The position numbers were made by a program, and so were the translations under genes. The notes under the pieces were generated by a model, which had not been told where the DNA came from, ran no database searches, and saw nothing but the letters and a program-made list of their open reading frames with translations. Positions 12,590 to 23,639 of a stretch of DNA of 64,000 nucleotides are shown here, one piece after another. Within the stretch, counting starts at the first letter, position 1. Each line of letters opens with the position of its first letter. The stretch is from Pristiophorus japonicus (lineage: Eukaryota). The DNA lies in the NCBI RefSeq assembly GCF_044704955.1, contig NC_092003.1, positions 7,006,001 through 7,070,000 of the forward strand, in the 5' to 3' direction.

Positions 12590-12985
12590 TGAATGAGCGG
12601 CGATCTCATTGAAACATGCTAAATTCTTACGGGGCTGGACAGGGTAGCTGCAGGGAGGATGTTTCCCCCGGGGCTGGGGAGTCTAGAACCAGGGCTCACG
12701 CAGTCTCAAAATAAGGGGTCGCCCATTTAGGACTGAGATGAGGAGGAATTTCTTCACTCAGAGGGTGGTGAATCTCTGGAATTCTCTGCCCTAGAGGGCA
12801 GTGGAGGCTCAGTCTTTTGAGTATATTCGAGACAGAGATCGATAGATTTTTGGATATTAAGGGAATCGAGGGATATGGGGACAGTGCAGGAAAGTGGAGT
12901 TGAGGTCGAAGATCAGCCGTGATCTCATTGAACGGCAGAGCAGGCTCGAGGGGCCGAATGGCCGACTCCTGCTCCTAATTGTTAT
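12590..12985 (+). mobile_element. CR1 LINE 3' fragment
   Basis: Matches the 3' half of the 7210-7868 copy. Confidence 0.75.
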
Positions 12986-14149
12986 TATCGCCTGAGGGAG
13001 TCGGAGTGAATTCCTCAGCTTTTAAATCCCCCGAAATTGGCCGGGGGTTTCTTAAGCCGGGTTTTCGCCACTCCCAGGAGATCACATGGCTCAGGGTGGG
13101 GTGGAGAGTGGTTATATCGTAACTCTCAGGGCATCGCAGTGTGGGACCAGGCTGAATGGAGCCAGAAGATCTTTATATTTTTGGATATTCAGGGAAATCG
13201 AGGAGCGTGCGGACAGTGCAGGAAAGTGAAGCTCAGGGAGAATATCAGAGTTGGAGCAGGCTCGAGGGGCTGAATGGCCTCCTCCTGCTCCTAGTACTTA
13301 CGCCATCAATCCCGATTGTCTTTAAGTCAACACAGGCTCAAAGTTTGGTCAGAGTTGCATTGTCTGCTTGGCGATTTTTGTAGATGGAAAAAAAATGTGT
13401 CAACTTCAGGCTGTGGGTCAACATTTAAGAGTGTGATGGCTGTGTGTTGGAATAGCATTTGTTTAATACACATGAACACGTATTCAATGGCGGCGCTCAC
13501 ACAAGTCGAACCAGATGCCATTTTACAAGGACAGGGTTGTTATACTGAGTAATACAGAAGGTAATTATCCTATAGGCAAAGCGGTGCCACGTCCCCTGAC
13601 AACTGCCAGCCTAAGTGTTGTTAAGTAAACTCAGACTCGGGGACAATCAGAGTTCAATTGCAAATTGGAATGTGCTGATCAGTTTCCGGTTGTGGCCAGG
13701 AACTGCAGATCAACTTGAAACGGCTGTGCATCTGGATCGTGTGCAGGCAGACTCACCATTTTGAGTATGTCGCGTGTGGACGTGTAGGAATATTTTAATA
13801 CCGTGCGCAAGTTCGAATTTGCTGGAACGCGTGGTGGGGGGGGGGGGGGGGGGGGGGGGCGGGGGCGTGGGGAAAACTGAACACTTCCTTCCTGGCCCCT
13901 TTGGGATTTGAAATGGTTATCTTCCCGAGGCCAAAATGATGCACAGGAACCAACTCTTCAGAAAGAAGTGCAGGATCACGCCACGTCTTGTCGAAGAGAG
14001 AATAGAGGAGGGAGCATAGGTGTTACGGCCAACAGTGTTCCCATTTAATTTGAAAAGTTTATCCTTTTGAGGGGGCTCCTTATGTTAAATTGATAGCTAA
14101 TAGATCTTAATTGGCAATTAAGAATACTGCTTCCATAGAGATGAGCACT

Positions 14150-15155
14150 ATCCCCCTGGGATTGGGGGGGGAGGGGGGAAATTCTTCTATGAGGAGAGAT
14201 TGAGCAGACTAGGCCTATATTCTCTAGAGTTTCGAAGAGTGAGAGGTGATCTCATTGAAACATACACAATTATTACATAGAAACATAGAAAATAGGTGCA
14301 GGAGCAGGCCATTGGGCCCTTCGAGCCTGCACCGCCATTCAATATGATCAGGGCTGATCATGCAACTTCAGTACCCCATTCCTGCTTTCTCTCCATACCC
14401 CCTGATCCCTTTAGCCGTAAGGGCCACATCGAACTCCCTTTTGAATATATCTAACGAACTGGCCTCAACAACTTTCTGTGGTAGAGAATTCCACAGGCTC
14501 ACAATTCTCTGAGTGAAGAAGTTGCTCCTCATCTCGGTCCCAAAAGGCTTACCCCTTATCCTTGAACCAGGGGTCACAGGCTAAGGATAAGGGGTAAGCC
14601 ATTTAGGATTGAGATGAGGAGAAACTTCTTCACTCAGGAGGGCAGGGAATCTTTGAAATTCTCTAGCCCAGAGGGCTGTGGATAGATTTTTGGACATTAA
14701 GGGAATCAAGGGGTATGGGGATAGTGCGGGAAAGTGGAGTTGAGGTCGAAGATCAGCCATGATCTTACTAAATGGCGGAGCAGGCTCGAGGGGGCCTTGT
14801 GGCCTCCTCCTGCTCCTATTTCTTGTCCTTATGTAGATCGGGCCTGTTCTCATTGGAGTTTAGAAGAATGAGAGGTGGTCTTGTTGAAACGCAGAAGATT
14901 CCGAAGGGGCTCGACAGGATCGATGCAGATAGAATCTAGAACTAGGAGGCATGGTATCAGAATAAGGGGTCGCTCATTTAAAAATGGAGATGAGGAGGAA
15001 TTTCTTCTGAGGGTGGTGAATCTGTGGAATTCTCTGCCCCAGAGAGCTGTGGAGGCTGGGTCACTGAATATATTTAAGGCGGAGATACAGATTTTTGAAT
15101 GGTGGAGCAGGCTCGAGGGGCCAAATGGCCTCCTCCTGCTCCTATTGCTTATGTC
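14150..15155. mobile_element. Nested CR1 3' fragments (+ with a - insert at ~14275-14562)
   Basis: CR1 C-terminal coding motifs and 3' UTRs in both orientations. Confidence 0.7.
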
Positions 15156-15455
15156 AAGTACCTCGTGGTGGGCATTGGGAGAGGAGAGGATCGGGTCCGG
15201 GGCTGTCATACTCCCCGCGGTGGGACAGACCCCACCCCCCACCCTGCCCTCAGCGCAGGCGAGTGGTGCTGGCTGCCACAGTCTAAGCACGGGGAACTGT
15301 GGCGGAGCCTTGCGCGTGAGGAGCGGCCTCGATAAGGACGGACGTCGGTCGTACGAGAGAAAAGGAGAGAGAGAGAGAGAGAGAGAAAGTGGAAATAACG
15401 AACCAGCAGAAAGGCGTGCAAATGTCACTGTGAATGGGGAGGGCAAAAACATATC

Positions 15456-15461
15456 TTTATT
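15456..15461 (-). other. Candidate polyadenylation signal of the - strand RBM paralog
   Basis: TTTATT on + (AATAAA on -), ~185 nt downstream of the TAA stop at 15646. Confidence 0.45.
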
Positions 15462-15645
15462 TCTAACCAGGACCAGTTTTCATGTGGTATGTAAATGTAA
15501 CAGGCTTGGTGTGACGAAAAAAAAACAGCGGAGGTTCCAAAACAGCATTGTAGCATATATATACGAGAGTTGGAAAATCGACACATGCTCCTCAAAGCCA
15601 CAGAAGTGGGGACAAGCAAGACACTGCTGTTAATTAGGATTCATG

Positions 15646-18443
15646 TTACACCATAGAGGCGCAGAAGCTGGCATCTTGCTTGGGAGGTACGTAGTAGCGT
15701 GGGGCACGACTGAGCAAGTGCATCTGAATGTTCGCCTCTGGCCGAACAGCCGGAGAGAGAGAGGGCATGCGCGACAGACCAAATCGGGCACCCTGTCCAA
15801 GGCCGGGTGTATGTAGCAGAGCGGACTGAACGCTTCCTCTTGCCGCGGGTGTGTGCAACAGAGAGAGGCGGCCCCGGTCTTGCACGGCGGGCGGGGTTAA
15901 CAAACCGGAGCGGGCGCCTTCCGCCAGGGCATGCTTATTTAACAGAGCCAACTGGGCGATCTCGGCCATGCCGGGTGTGTTTAACAGTCTGGATCGGGAA
16001 CGTTCCCCTGGGACGGGCGTGCTTAACAGTCCGGATCGGGAATGTTCCCTCGGGATGGGTGTGTTGAACAGAGTGGATTGGGTATGTTCCCCCATGCCTG
16101 GTGTGCTTAACAGTCCGGATTGGACATGTCCTCCCATGGCCGGCGTATTTAACAGCCCCCACAGCGGACGCTCTCCCAGGATGGGTGTGTTCAACAGACC
16201 AGACCGGACACTCTCTCCCGGGGTGGATTTATATAAAAGAGTTGATCGGGCATTCTCTCCCAGGGCCTGTTTATCGGATAGACCAGATCGGACAATCTCT
16301 CCCGGAGTGGGTTTATTCAACAGACCAGATGGGACATGTCCTCCCATGCCGGGTGGATCTAGCAGTCCGGATCGGGGACTATCGCCCCTGCTGGGTGTAT
16401 TTAACAGTCTGGATCGCCCATGTCCTCCCAGGGCTTGTGTATTTAACAGACCAGATCGGACAATCTCTCCCGCGGTGGGTTTATTTAACAGTCCGGATCG
16501 GGGACCATCGCCCATGCCGGGTGTATTTAACAGTCCGGATCGGGCATGTCCTCCCAGGGTGGGTGGGTTTAACAGTCCGGTCCGGACACGCTCCCCCAGG
16601 GTGGGTGGGTTTAACAGGCCAGATTGGGCATGTCCTCCCAGGGTGGGTGGGTTTAACAGTCCGGTCCGGACACACTCCCACAGGGTGGGTGGGTTTAACA
16701 GGCCGGATTGGGCATGTCCTCCCAGGGCAGGTGGGTTTAACAGTCCGGATCGGGGACCATCGCCCATGCCGGGTGTATTTAACAGTCCGGATCGGGCATG
16801 TCCTCCCAGGGCGGGTGGGTTTAACAGAGCTGATCGGGCATGTTCCCCCAGGGCAGGTGTATTTAGAAGTCCGGATCGGACGTGCTGTGCCAGGGTGGAT
16901 GTTTTTGGCAGTCCGGATTGAGCATGTTCCTCTAGGCCGGGTGTATTTAACAGAGCAGATCGGGCATGTTGTCCCAGGGCGGGTGTATGTAGCAGTCCAG
17001 ATCGGGCATGTGCTCCCAGGGCGGGTGTATGTAGCAGAGCGGATTGAACACTTCCTCTCGCCGCAGCTGTGTGCAACAGAGCAAGGCGGCCCCTGTCTTG
17101 CACGGTGGGCGGGTTTAACAAACCGGAGCGGGCGCCTTCCCCCAGGGCGTGCTTATTTAACAGAGCCAACTGGGCGCTCTCTGCCATGCCGGGTGTGTTT
17201 AACAGTCCGCTTCGGGAATGTTCTCCCATGCCGGGGGCGTTTAACAGTCCGGATCGGGAGCCCTCCCCTAGGGTGGGAGAGTTCAACAAACCGGATCGGG
17301 AACCATCTCCCAGGATGGGCGAGTTTAACAGTCCGGATCGAGAACTTCCCCCCATGCCAGGTATGTTTAACAATCCGGATCGGGAACCTCCCCCCATGCC
17401 AGGATTGTTCAACAGTCCGGATCGGGAACCTCCCCCCGTGCCAGGATTGTTCAACAGTCCGGATCGGGAACCTCCCCCCGTGCCAGGATTGTTCAACAGT
17501 CCGGATCGGGAACCTCCCCCCGTGCCAGGATTGTTCAACAGTCCGGATCGGGAAACTCCCCCCGTGCCAGGATTGTTCAACAGTCCGGATCGGGAAACTC
17601 CACCCGTGCCAGGATTGTTCAACAGTCCGGATCGGGAACCTCCCCCCATGCCAGGTATGTTTAACAATCCGGATCGGGAACCTCCCCCCATGCCAGGTAT
17701 GTTTAACAAACTGGATTGTGGATGCTCCCCCAGGATGGATGTGCTTAACAATCCGGATCGGGAATGTTCTCCCAGGGTGGGTGTATTTAATAGTCCGGAT
17801 TGTGGATGTTCCCCTAGGAGGGATGTGTTTAACAGTCCGGATCGGGAATGTTCCCCCAGGGCGGGCGTGTTTAACAATCCAGGTCGGGCCCTTTTGTCGA
17901 CGGCGTGATTATCCTGCGCCATTTTTCTCTTGACAGGTATTCGGTTTTCCAGCTTGGGTGCAGGAGACGGCGAGAGGCGCTGGCGACGGTACAGGGACGT
18001 GCTTTTGGAGAGGCCTGGCGGCAAGCGACGGTGGGGCGGGCTGCTCGTGTACGGGTTGCGGGCGGATTCGGGCCGAGGGCAAAGCGGAGGCTGGGGCCTG
18101 CGCCGGAGTGCAAGCTGAGGCTGGAGCGGTAACTGCTCGTAATGATCGACATACTGCTCGGTCGCACTGGCAGGTTTATAATGCGGGCGGCAGAGAGGGT
18201 AACTCGAAGCTGCGGGGCCATACCTATCGAGGGAACCGTATGGAGCCCAGAAGCATTCGGCTGCCTGGTGGCCGGGTCTTCCGCAGCGCTGGCAATTTCC
18301 CACAGGACCGCCGGCCGATTGTGGCTTGGTGCTTTTCCCGGATAGCTGGTCCCCAATCTTCCTTGCCTTGACGTCAGTGGACTCCGTCTTGCTAATGGCT
18401 TTCAGCGCTTCCTCCTTGTGCTCCACGTGTACAAAGGCAGAGT
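15646..18443 (-). CDS. Exon 2 (terminal coding exon) of a diverged RBM4/RBM14-family paralog: half-RRM remnant, CCHC zinc knuckle, ~50 x 14-aa repeat
   Basis: Acceptor TCTCCTCTCTCAACAG|AC TCT GCC TTT gives (D)SAFVHVEHKEEALKAI, aligning to (D)YAFVHMEREEDAVTAI of the + gene in the same phase 1. CQRCGRPGHQAAEC at 18294-18253; LYRRQRLSP vs LYERTRLSP; 2798 nt open to TAA. Confidence 0.8.
15770..17886 (-). repeat. Coding 42-bp tandem repeat (~50 units; 14-aa consensus RSGLLNTPG/xM/LGE/GH/G)
   Basis: 42-nt periodicity (e.g. AGGATTGTTCAACAGTCCGGATCGGGAACCTCCCCCCGTGCC); frame maintained throughout. Confidence 0.9.
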
Positions 18444-18514
18444 CTGTTGAGAGAGGAGAAGCAGAATGAAGCAAGTGGGCACAAAGTGCGCGTGGTACGG
18501 AGCCAAAGTTTGAT

Positions 18515-19162
18515 CCGGAGGGGCAGTGCTGAGGGGTGCCGCGCTGTCGGAGGGGCAGTACCGAGGGAGTGCCGCACTGTCGGAGGGGCAGTACTGAGGG
18601 AGTGCCGTACTGTCGGAGGGGCAGTGCTGAGGGAGCGCCGTACTGTCGGAGGGGCAGTACTGAGGGAGCGCCGCACTGTCGGAGGGGCAGTACCGAGGGA
18701 GCGCCGCACTGTCGGAGGGGCAGTACTGAGGGAGCCCCGCACTGTCGGAGGGGCAGTACTGAGGGAGTGCCGCACTGTCGGAGGGGCAGTACCGAGGGAG
18801 CGCCGCACTGTCGGAGGGGCCGTACTGTCGGAGGGGCCGTACTGTCGGAGGGGCCGTACTGAGGGAGCGCCGCACTGTCGGAGGGGCAGTACCGAGGGAG
18901 TGCCGCACTGTCGGAGGGGCGGTATTGAGGGAGCGCCGCACTGTCGGAGGGGCAGTACTGAGGGAGCGCCGCACTGTCGGAGGGGCAGTACTGAGGGAGT
19001 GCCGCACTGTCGGAGGGGCGGTACTGAGGGAGCCCCGCACTGTCGGAGGGGCAGTACTGAGGGAGCGCCGCACTGTCGGAGGGGCCATCTCTCTGATGAG
19101 ACGTTAAATCGAGGCGCCATCTGCTCTCTCAGGTGGACGTAAATGGCCCCCATGGCACTATG
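18515..19162 (+). mobile_element. Deu-domain SINE fragment with 33-bp array, filling the paralog's intron
   Basis: Array at 18515-19085, then Deu core start GATGAGACGTTAAATCGAGG...AGGTGGACGTAAA...CATGGCACTA. Confidence 0.8.
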
Positions 19163-19267
19163 ACCTTGTTGCTATGGACACGAGGGGCCCGGTTGCCATG
19201 AAGCAATAGCGGCCGCCCGTGACGTCACCAGAAAGCCCTCACCGGGCGGGGCCGGTCGACCTCTCAC

Positions 19268-19496
19268 CTTTGGCGTCGGCGCAGTCGGTCGCGGGGCCGG
19301 AGTGGGCCTGCGGCTCCTGGCTGCCGCCTGGCGCCACGCTGTCGGCGCAGAGCGGCGCGGCGGCCTCGGGTCGGCCCTGCAGCTCGCTGCGACGCGGCGT
19401 CTCCTCCGTGGGCGTCAAGCCGTCGTGCTTGACCGCGCCGCAGGCTTCCGAGGTGTCGGCGGCGGCGGCGGCGGCGGCGGAGGAGGAGGCCGACAT
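19268..19496 (-). CDS. Exon 1 of the diverged RBM paralog (collapsed RRM1/RRM2 remnant)
   Basis: ATG at 19496; 229 nt (phase 1) ending GCC AAA G|GTGAGA. Residual similarity: SELQGR ~ YELHGQ, SVAPGGSQE ~ NLAPGCSNQE, DCADAK| ~ ECDIVK|. Splices in frame to 18443. Confidence 0.7.
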
Positions 19497-20113
19497 GTTT
19501 GTTCTGTCTCTCTCTCTCTCTTCGCGCGAAACACCTTCGCTCCCCTTCGGGCTTCGCGAGAGAGAAAAAAAGGAAACGCGCCCTCCTCACAAAATGGCCG
19601 CTTTTGGGGAGCGACAGCCGGCTCCACCAATCACATCCGCGCGGCGCAATAGCGCCATCCAATCAGGGGCCGCCTTCCGCCGGGGGCTTTCGGAGTGCCG
19701 CCTTTCCCAATTCCCAACCGCGTCCGCCGCCGGAGCGACAGCCGGCTGCACCAATCGCGGCGGCAAAGGCGCCATCCAATCGGGAGCCGTTGCGCGTGGT
19801 CGGAGAAGTCCCGCCTCCCTCGGAGGGGGGGGGGCCGGCAAGTCGATGGGGCGGGGCTCCGCGCGCGGGGGGGATAGGGGGATACGTGCGTGGCGATTGG
19901 CTGTACGTGATGAGCGGGGGGGCGGGAGCACGGCGCTGATTGGCCGGTGGCGCTGTCATTTAAAGGAAGAGAGCAAGGGGGCGCCCCGCCTCTTCATCTC
20001 GGCTGGCCGAACGAGGGGGAAGCGACGGGCGCCATTTTGTGAAGCGGGAGGAAAAAAGAAAAAGCAGCGCGGAGCGGGAGCGGGAAAAACGACCCAAGGA
20101 AAAGGACAGGACG
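19497..20113. promoter_or_regulatory. Bidirectional CpG-island promoter between the two RBM-family genes
   Basis: 617 bp between divergent ATGs; CCAAT at ~19627, 19659, 19707, 19751, 19776; ATTGG at ~19896, 19939; GC box GGGGCGGGG at ~19847; outward-facing YY1-like motifs AAAATGGCCG (~19590) and CGCCATTTT (~20030). Confidence 0.75.
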
Positions 20114-20444
20114 ATGAAGATCTTCGTGGGCAACATCGCGACGGAGGGCACGGCGGACGAGCTGCGCACGCTGTTCGAGTATTACGGCGCGGTGCGCGAG
20201 TGCGACATCATCCGCCATTACGGCTTCGTGCACATGGACAGCGCCGAGGAGGCGGGCCGCGCCATCCAGGCGCTGCACCAGTACGAGCTGCACGGCCAGA
20301 AGCTGAACGTGGCCGAGTCGCGGGCCCGGCCGGCCGCCGTCACCAAGGTCTACGTCGGCAACCTGGCGCCCGGCTGCAGCAACCAGGAGCTGCGCGCCAA
20401 GTTCGAGGAGCACGGCCGGGTGGTGGAGTGCGACATCGTCAAAG
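20114..20444 (+). CDS. RBM4: RNA-binding protein 4/14 family, coding exon 1 (RRM1 and N-half of RRM2)
   Basis: MKIFVGNI...ECDIIRHYGFVHM...TKVYVGNLAPGCSNQELRAKFEEHGRVVECDIVK, donor G|GTGTGT. The RRMs are RBM4-like; the start and intron position are RBM14-like, so the symbol is provisional. Confidence 0.9.
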
Positions 20445-21460
20445 GTGTGTGTGTGTGTGTGGGGAGAATGGGTGCCCCCGTGTGTGTGTGGTGGGTGGGG
20501 GGGGGGGGGGGTTGTGTGTGGGTGCCCCCGTGTGTGGGGGGGGAGAATGGGTGCCCCCGTGTGTGTGTGGTGGGGGGGGGGGGTTTGTGTGTGGGTGCCC
20601 CCGTGTGTGTGTGGTGGGGGGGGGGGGTTTGTGTGTGGGTGCCCCCGTGTGTGTGTGGTGGGGGGGGGGGGTTTGTGTGTGGGTGCCCCCGTGTGTGGGG
20701 GGGGAGAATGGGTGCCCCCGTGTGTGTGTGGTGGGGGGGGGTTTGTGTGTGGGTGCCCCCGTGTGTGGGGGGGGAGAATGGGTGCCCCCGTGTGTGGGGG
20801 GGAGAATGGGTGCCCCCGTGTGGGGGGGGGGGGAGAATGGGTGCCCCCGTGTGTGTGTATGGGGGGGGGGAATGGTTACCCCCGTGTGTGTGTATGGGGG
20901 GGGGAATGGTTACCCCCGTGTGTGTGTATGGGGGGGGGAATGGTTACCCCCGTGTGTGTGTATGGGGGGGGGGATGGGTACCCCCGTGTGTGTATATGGG
21001 GGGGGGGATGGGTACCCCCGTGTGTGTATATGGGGGGGGGGATGGGTACCCCTGTGTGTGTATGGGGGGGGGAATGGGTACCCCCGTGTGTGTATATGGG
21101 GGGGGGGGAATGGGTACCCCTGTGCGTGTGTGGGGGGGGTGAATGGGTACACCCGTGCGTGTATGGGGGGGGGGAATGGGTGCCCCCATGTGTGTGGGGG
21201 GGAGAATGGGTACACCCGTGCGTGTATGGGGGGGGGGGGGGATGGGTGCCCCCGTGAGTGTGGGGGGGGGTGGATGGGTTCCCCCGTGAGTGTGGGGTGG
21301 GGGGGTTAGGTGCCCCCGTGTGTGTGGGGGGGAGAATGGGTGCCCCCGTGTGTGTGGGGGGGGAGATGGGTGCCCCCGTGTGTGTGGGGGGGGAGATGGG
21401 TGCCCCCGTGCGTGTGGGGGGGGAGGTGAGTGCCCCCGTGTGTGTGGGGGGTGGGGTCCT
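20445..21460 (+). repeat. G/T-rich ~30-45-bp minisatellite at the start of RBM intron 1
   Basis: Repeats of ATGGGTGCCCCCGTGTGTGT(G)n; G-runs of 7-16 nt. Confidence 0.9.
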
Positions 21461-22029
21461 ACAGTAGCCCATTCAGCCCCTCTAGTCTGTTCTGTATAGT
21501 GACAGGATGCCATTCAGACCCTCTCGCCTTGTTTTTGAGGCTTCCTGTGTTTGAGTCCAGTGATGTAGTTTCACTTCCATACATTCTGGGCTTAATAGTT
21601 CTCTATTGTTCTGGTAACTCAATCACTGATTGAGGAGGTCACTTTGCCTGACAATGGGCTCCATTAGCCCACCTCCTGTTGGCCATTGTCATTCCACACT
21701 CCCTGCCCATCGTTCTAAGTCCAACATGGAGCCGCACCTGGGCCCCTCACACAAACAGCTTCCAGCTTTCTTTGGTGAGAAAAATATTAAACTCAATGTC
21801 CAATAAATCCTTGGGGGTCTGATGCTTCCAGTCCTTACACAGCATCAGGATGAAGTAATCGGGGTTTTCCCCAAGTCAGTCAGGTGATGTTCTTGGGGGG
21901 CCAATGGAAGAAAGGCAGATTTCGTTTCTGCGTAGTGCTAACGCGCTGAAAATTGGTCTATACCCGTGTGGTGCAGACAGAAGACATTTTCCCCCCCCCC
22001 TCGGAAGGTTTATGAGCGCTGTATAATCA

Positions 22030-22345
22030 TTATCATAGGCAGTCCCTCGAAATCGAGGAACACTTGCTTCCACTCTAAAAGTGAGTCCTTAGCTGACTGA
22101 ACAGCCAATACGAGAGCCACAGTCCCTGTCACAGGTGGGACAGACAGTGGTCGAGGGAAGGGGAGGGTGGGACTGGTTTGCCACACGCCCCTTCCGCTGC
22201 CTGCGCTTGGTTTCTGCACGCTCTCGGCGACGAGACTCGAGGAGCTCAGCGCCCTCCCGGATGCATTTCCTCCACTTGGGGCGGACTGGTCTTTGGCCAG
22301 GGACTCCCAGGTGTCGGTGGGGAATATTGCACTTTTTCAGGGAGG
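22030..22345 (-). mobile_element. RTE-clade LINE 3' fragment
   Basis: Minus strand encodes WRKCIREGAE.LESRRRERAETKR...VCPTCDRDCGSRIG.. (C-terminal zinc-finger region), then the tail CGAGGGACTGCCTATGATAATG. Confidence 0.7.
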
Positions 22346-22470
22346 GGTGTCCCTTGTAATGTTTCCTCTGCCCACCTTTTGGCTCGTTTGCCGTGGTATT
22401 GGGTATTTTTTAAGTGTGGCTTTGGTTAACGTGAGATGTAAACTCTACCATTCTCCCCCACCCCTTGCAG

Positions 22471-22969
22471 ACTACGCCTTTGTGCACATGGAGAGAGAGG
22501 AGGACGCGGTGACCGCCATCGCCAACCTGGACGACAAGGAATTCAACGGCAACCGCATCCGGGTGCAGCTCTCCCGCTCCACCTACGGCAAGTCCTCTGG
22601 GCAGCGGGAGGTGTGCCAGCGCTGCGGGCGACAGGGCCACCAGGCACGCGACTGCCACTCGGCGCGGCACAACCAGTACAGCCAGTACCAGTTGCCCTCG
22701 CAGTACTACCCCTCCTACTACTCCTACTGCGAGTACGACTACGGCCACAGCTCCTACTACGACTATTACGACGACTACCAGCAGGCCGGCGCCGCCGTCG
22801 GCTACGCGCCGCTCGACTACGCCCGCGAGAGGAGCCCCAACCGCCTGAGCGCGCCCGCTGCAGCTGCCGCCGGCGCCAACAGCGGCACCCTGTACGAGCG
22901 CACCCGCCTCTCGCCGCTCTCCGTGCCAAAGTATCAAAACGAGAAATTCATAGACGATAGCATCAGTAG
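22471..22969 (+). CDS. RBM4: RNA-binding protein 4/14 family, coding exon 2 (C-half of RRM2, CCHC knuckle, Tyr-rich low-complexity region)
   Basis: Acceptor CCCCTTGCAG|AC TAC GCC gives (D)YAFVHMEREEDAV; CQRCGRQGHQARDC at 22614-22655; RERSP and YERTRLSP; donor AG|GTATGT (phase 2). Confidence 0.9.
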
Positions 22970-23639
22970 GTATGTATCCGTTACAAACACGCGGGAAGCG
23001 GTGGGGGGGGGGGGAGGGGATTGAGGGGGGAGGGTGCTGCCTTCATTTAACATTTGCCCATTGAGGACTCTTCCCGCGGGAGAGCCCTGCCTCCAGAGCA
23101 GTCGCTCCGCCTCCGGCATCCCGTGGGGCTCCGCAGTAAGTACCGCAGATCCTATTGCTGCCGTGCGGCGTGTCGGAAGCAGTTAAAAGTCATAACGGAT
23201 TTGTCCTGTCGCCGGTGGGTGTCTTGCTTTTGCCTTCTGGTTGTTTTCTACTCAGTGGTCCTTTGTTGACTGTGCAGTTCGGGAATGCCTGCCCCGTTGT
23301 TGCTTGGAGTTGGTGGAAATAATGGCGGGCAGGTTGAATTTGTCATATTGGACCACGCGAAGCGCGTTGAAATATCCAGCAGCGTTTCTCAAAGTTGTGT
23401 CTGGAGAGAGAGAGAGTATTGTGAGCTGTGTAATGGAAGGGCAGTGCTTCTGCGGGCGTGCGAGTTTTGATACTTTTCCAGAGGACTCTTTTCGTAGGAG
23501 TTGCTCGACTGGAAAAGGTCACTGTCCATCCAGTCCGCCGCCTCCCATCCTGGTTGTGGCATGTTGCAACAATAAGAGTTGTTGATTAATCCTAGCTATC
23601 GGTCCCTGTCAATTCGTCTACAGACGTGACGTGAGGAAA

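Noticed and set aside
15851-17933. + strand ORFs of 356, 610 and 279 aa over the 42-bp repeat
   Set aside because: Antisense shadows. Only the - strand frame spans the whole array and links to the zinc knuckle and a homologous splice site.
19219-21513. 696-aa and other ORFs across the CpG island and the G-rich intron
   Set aside because: Stop-poor GC-rich and low-complexity sequence; the real exon ends at the donor at 20444.
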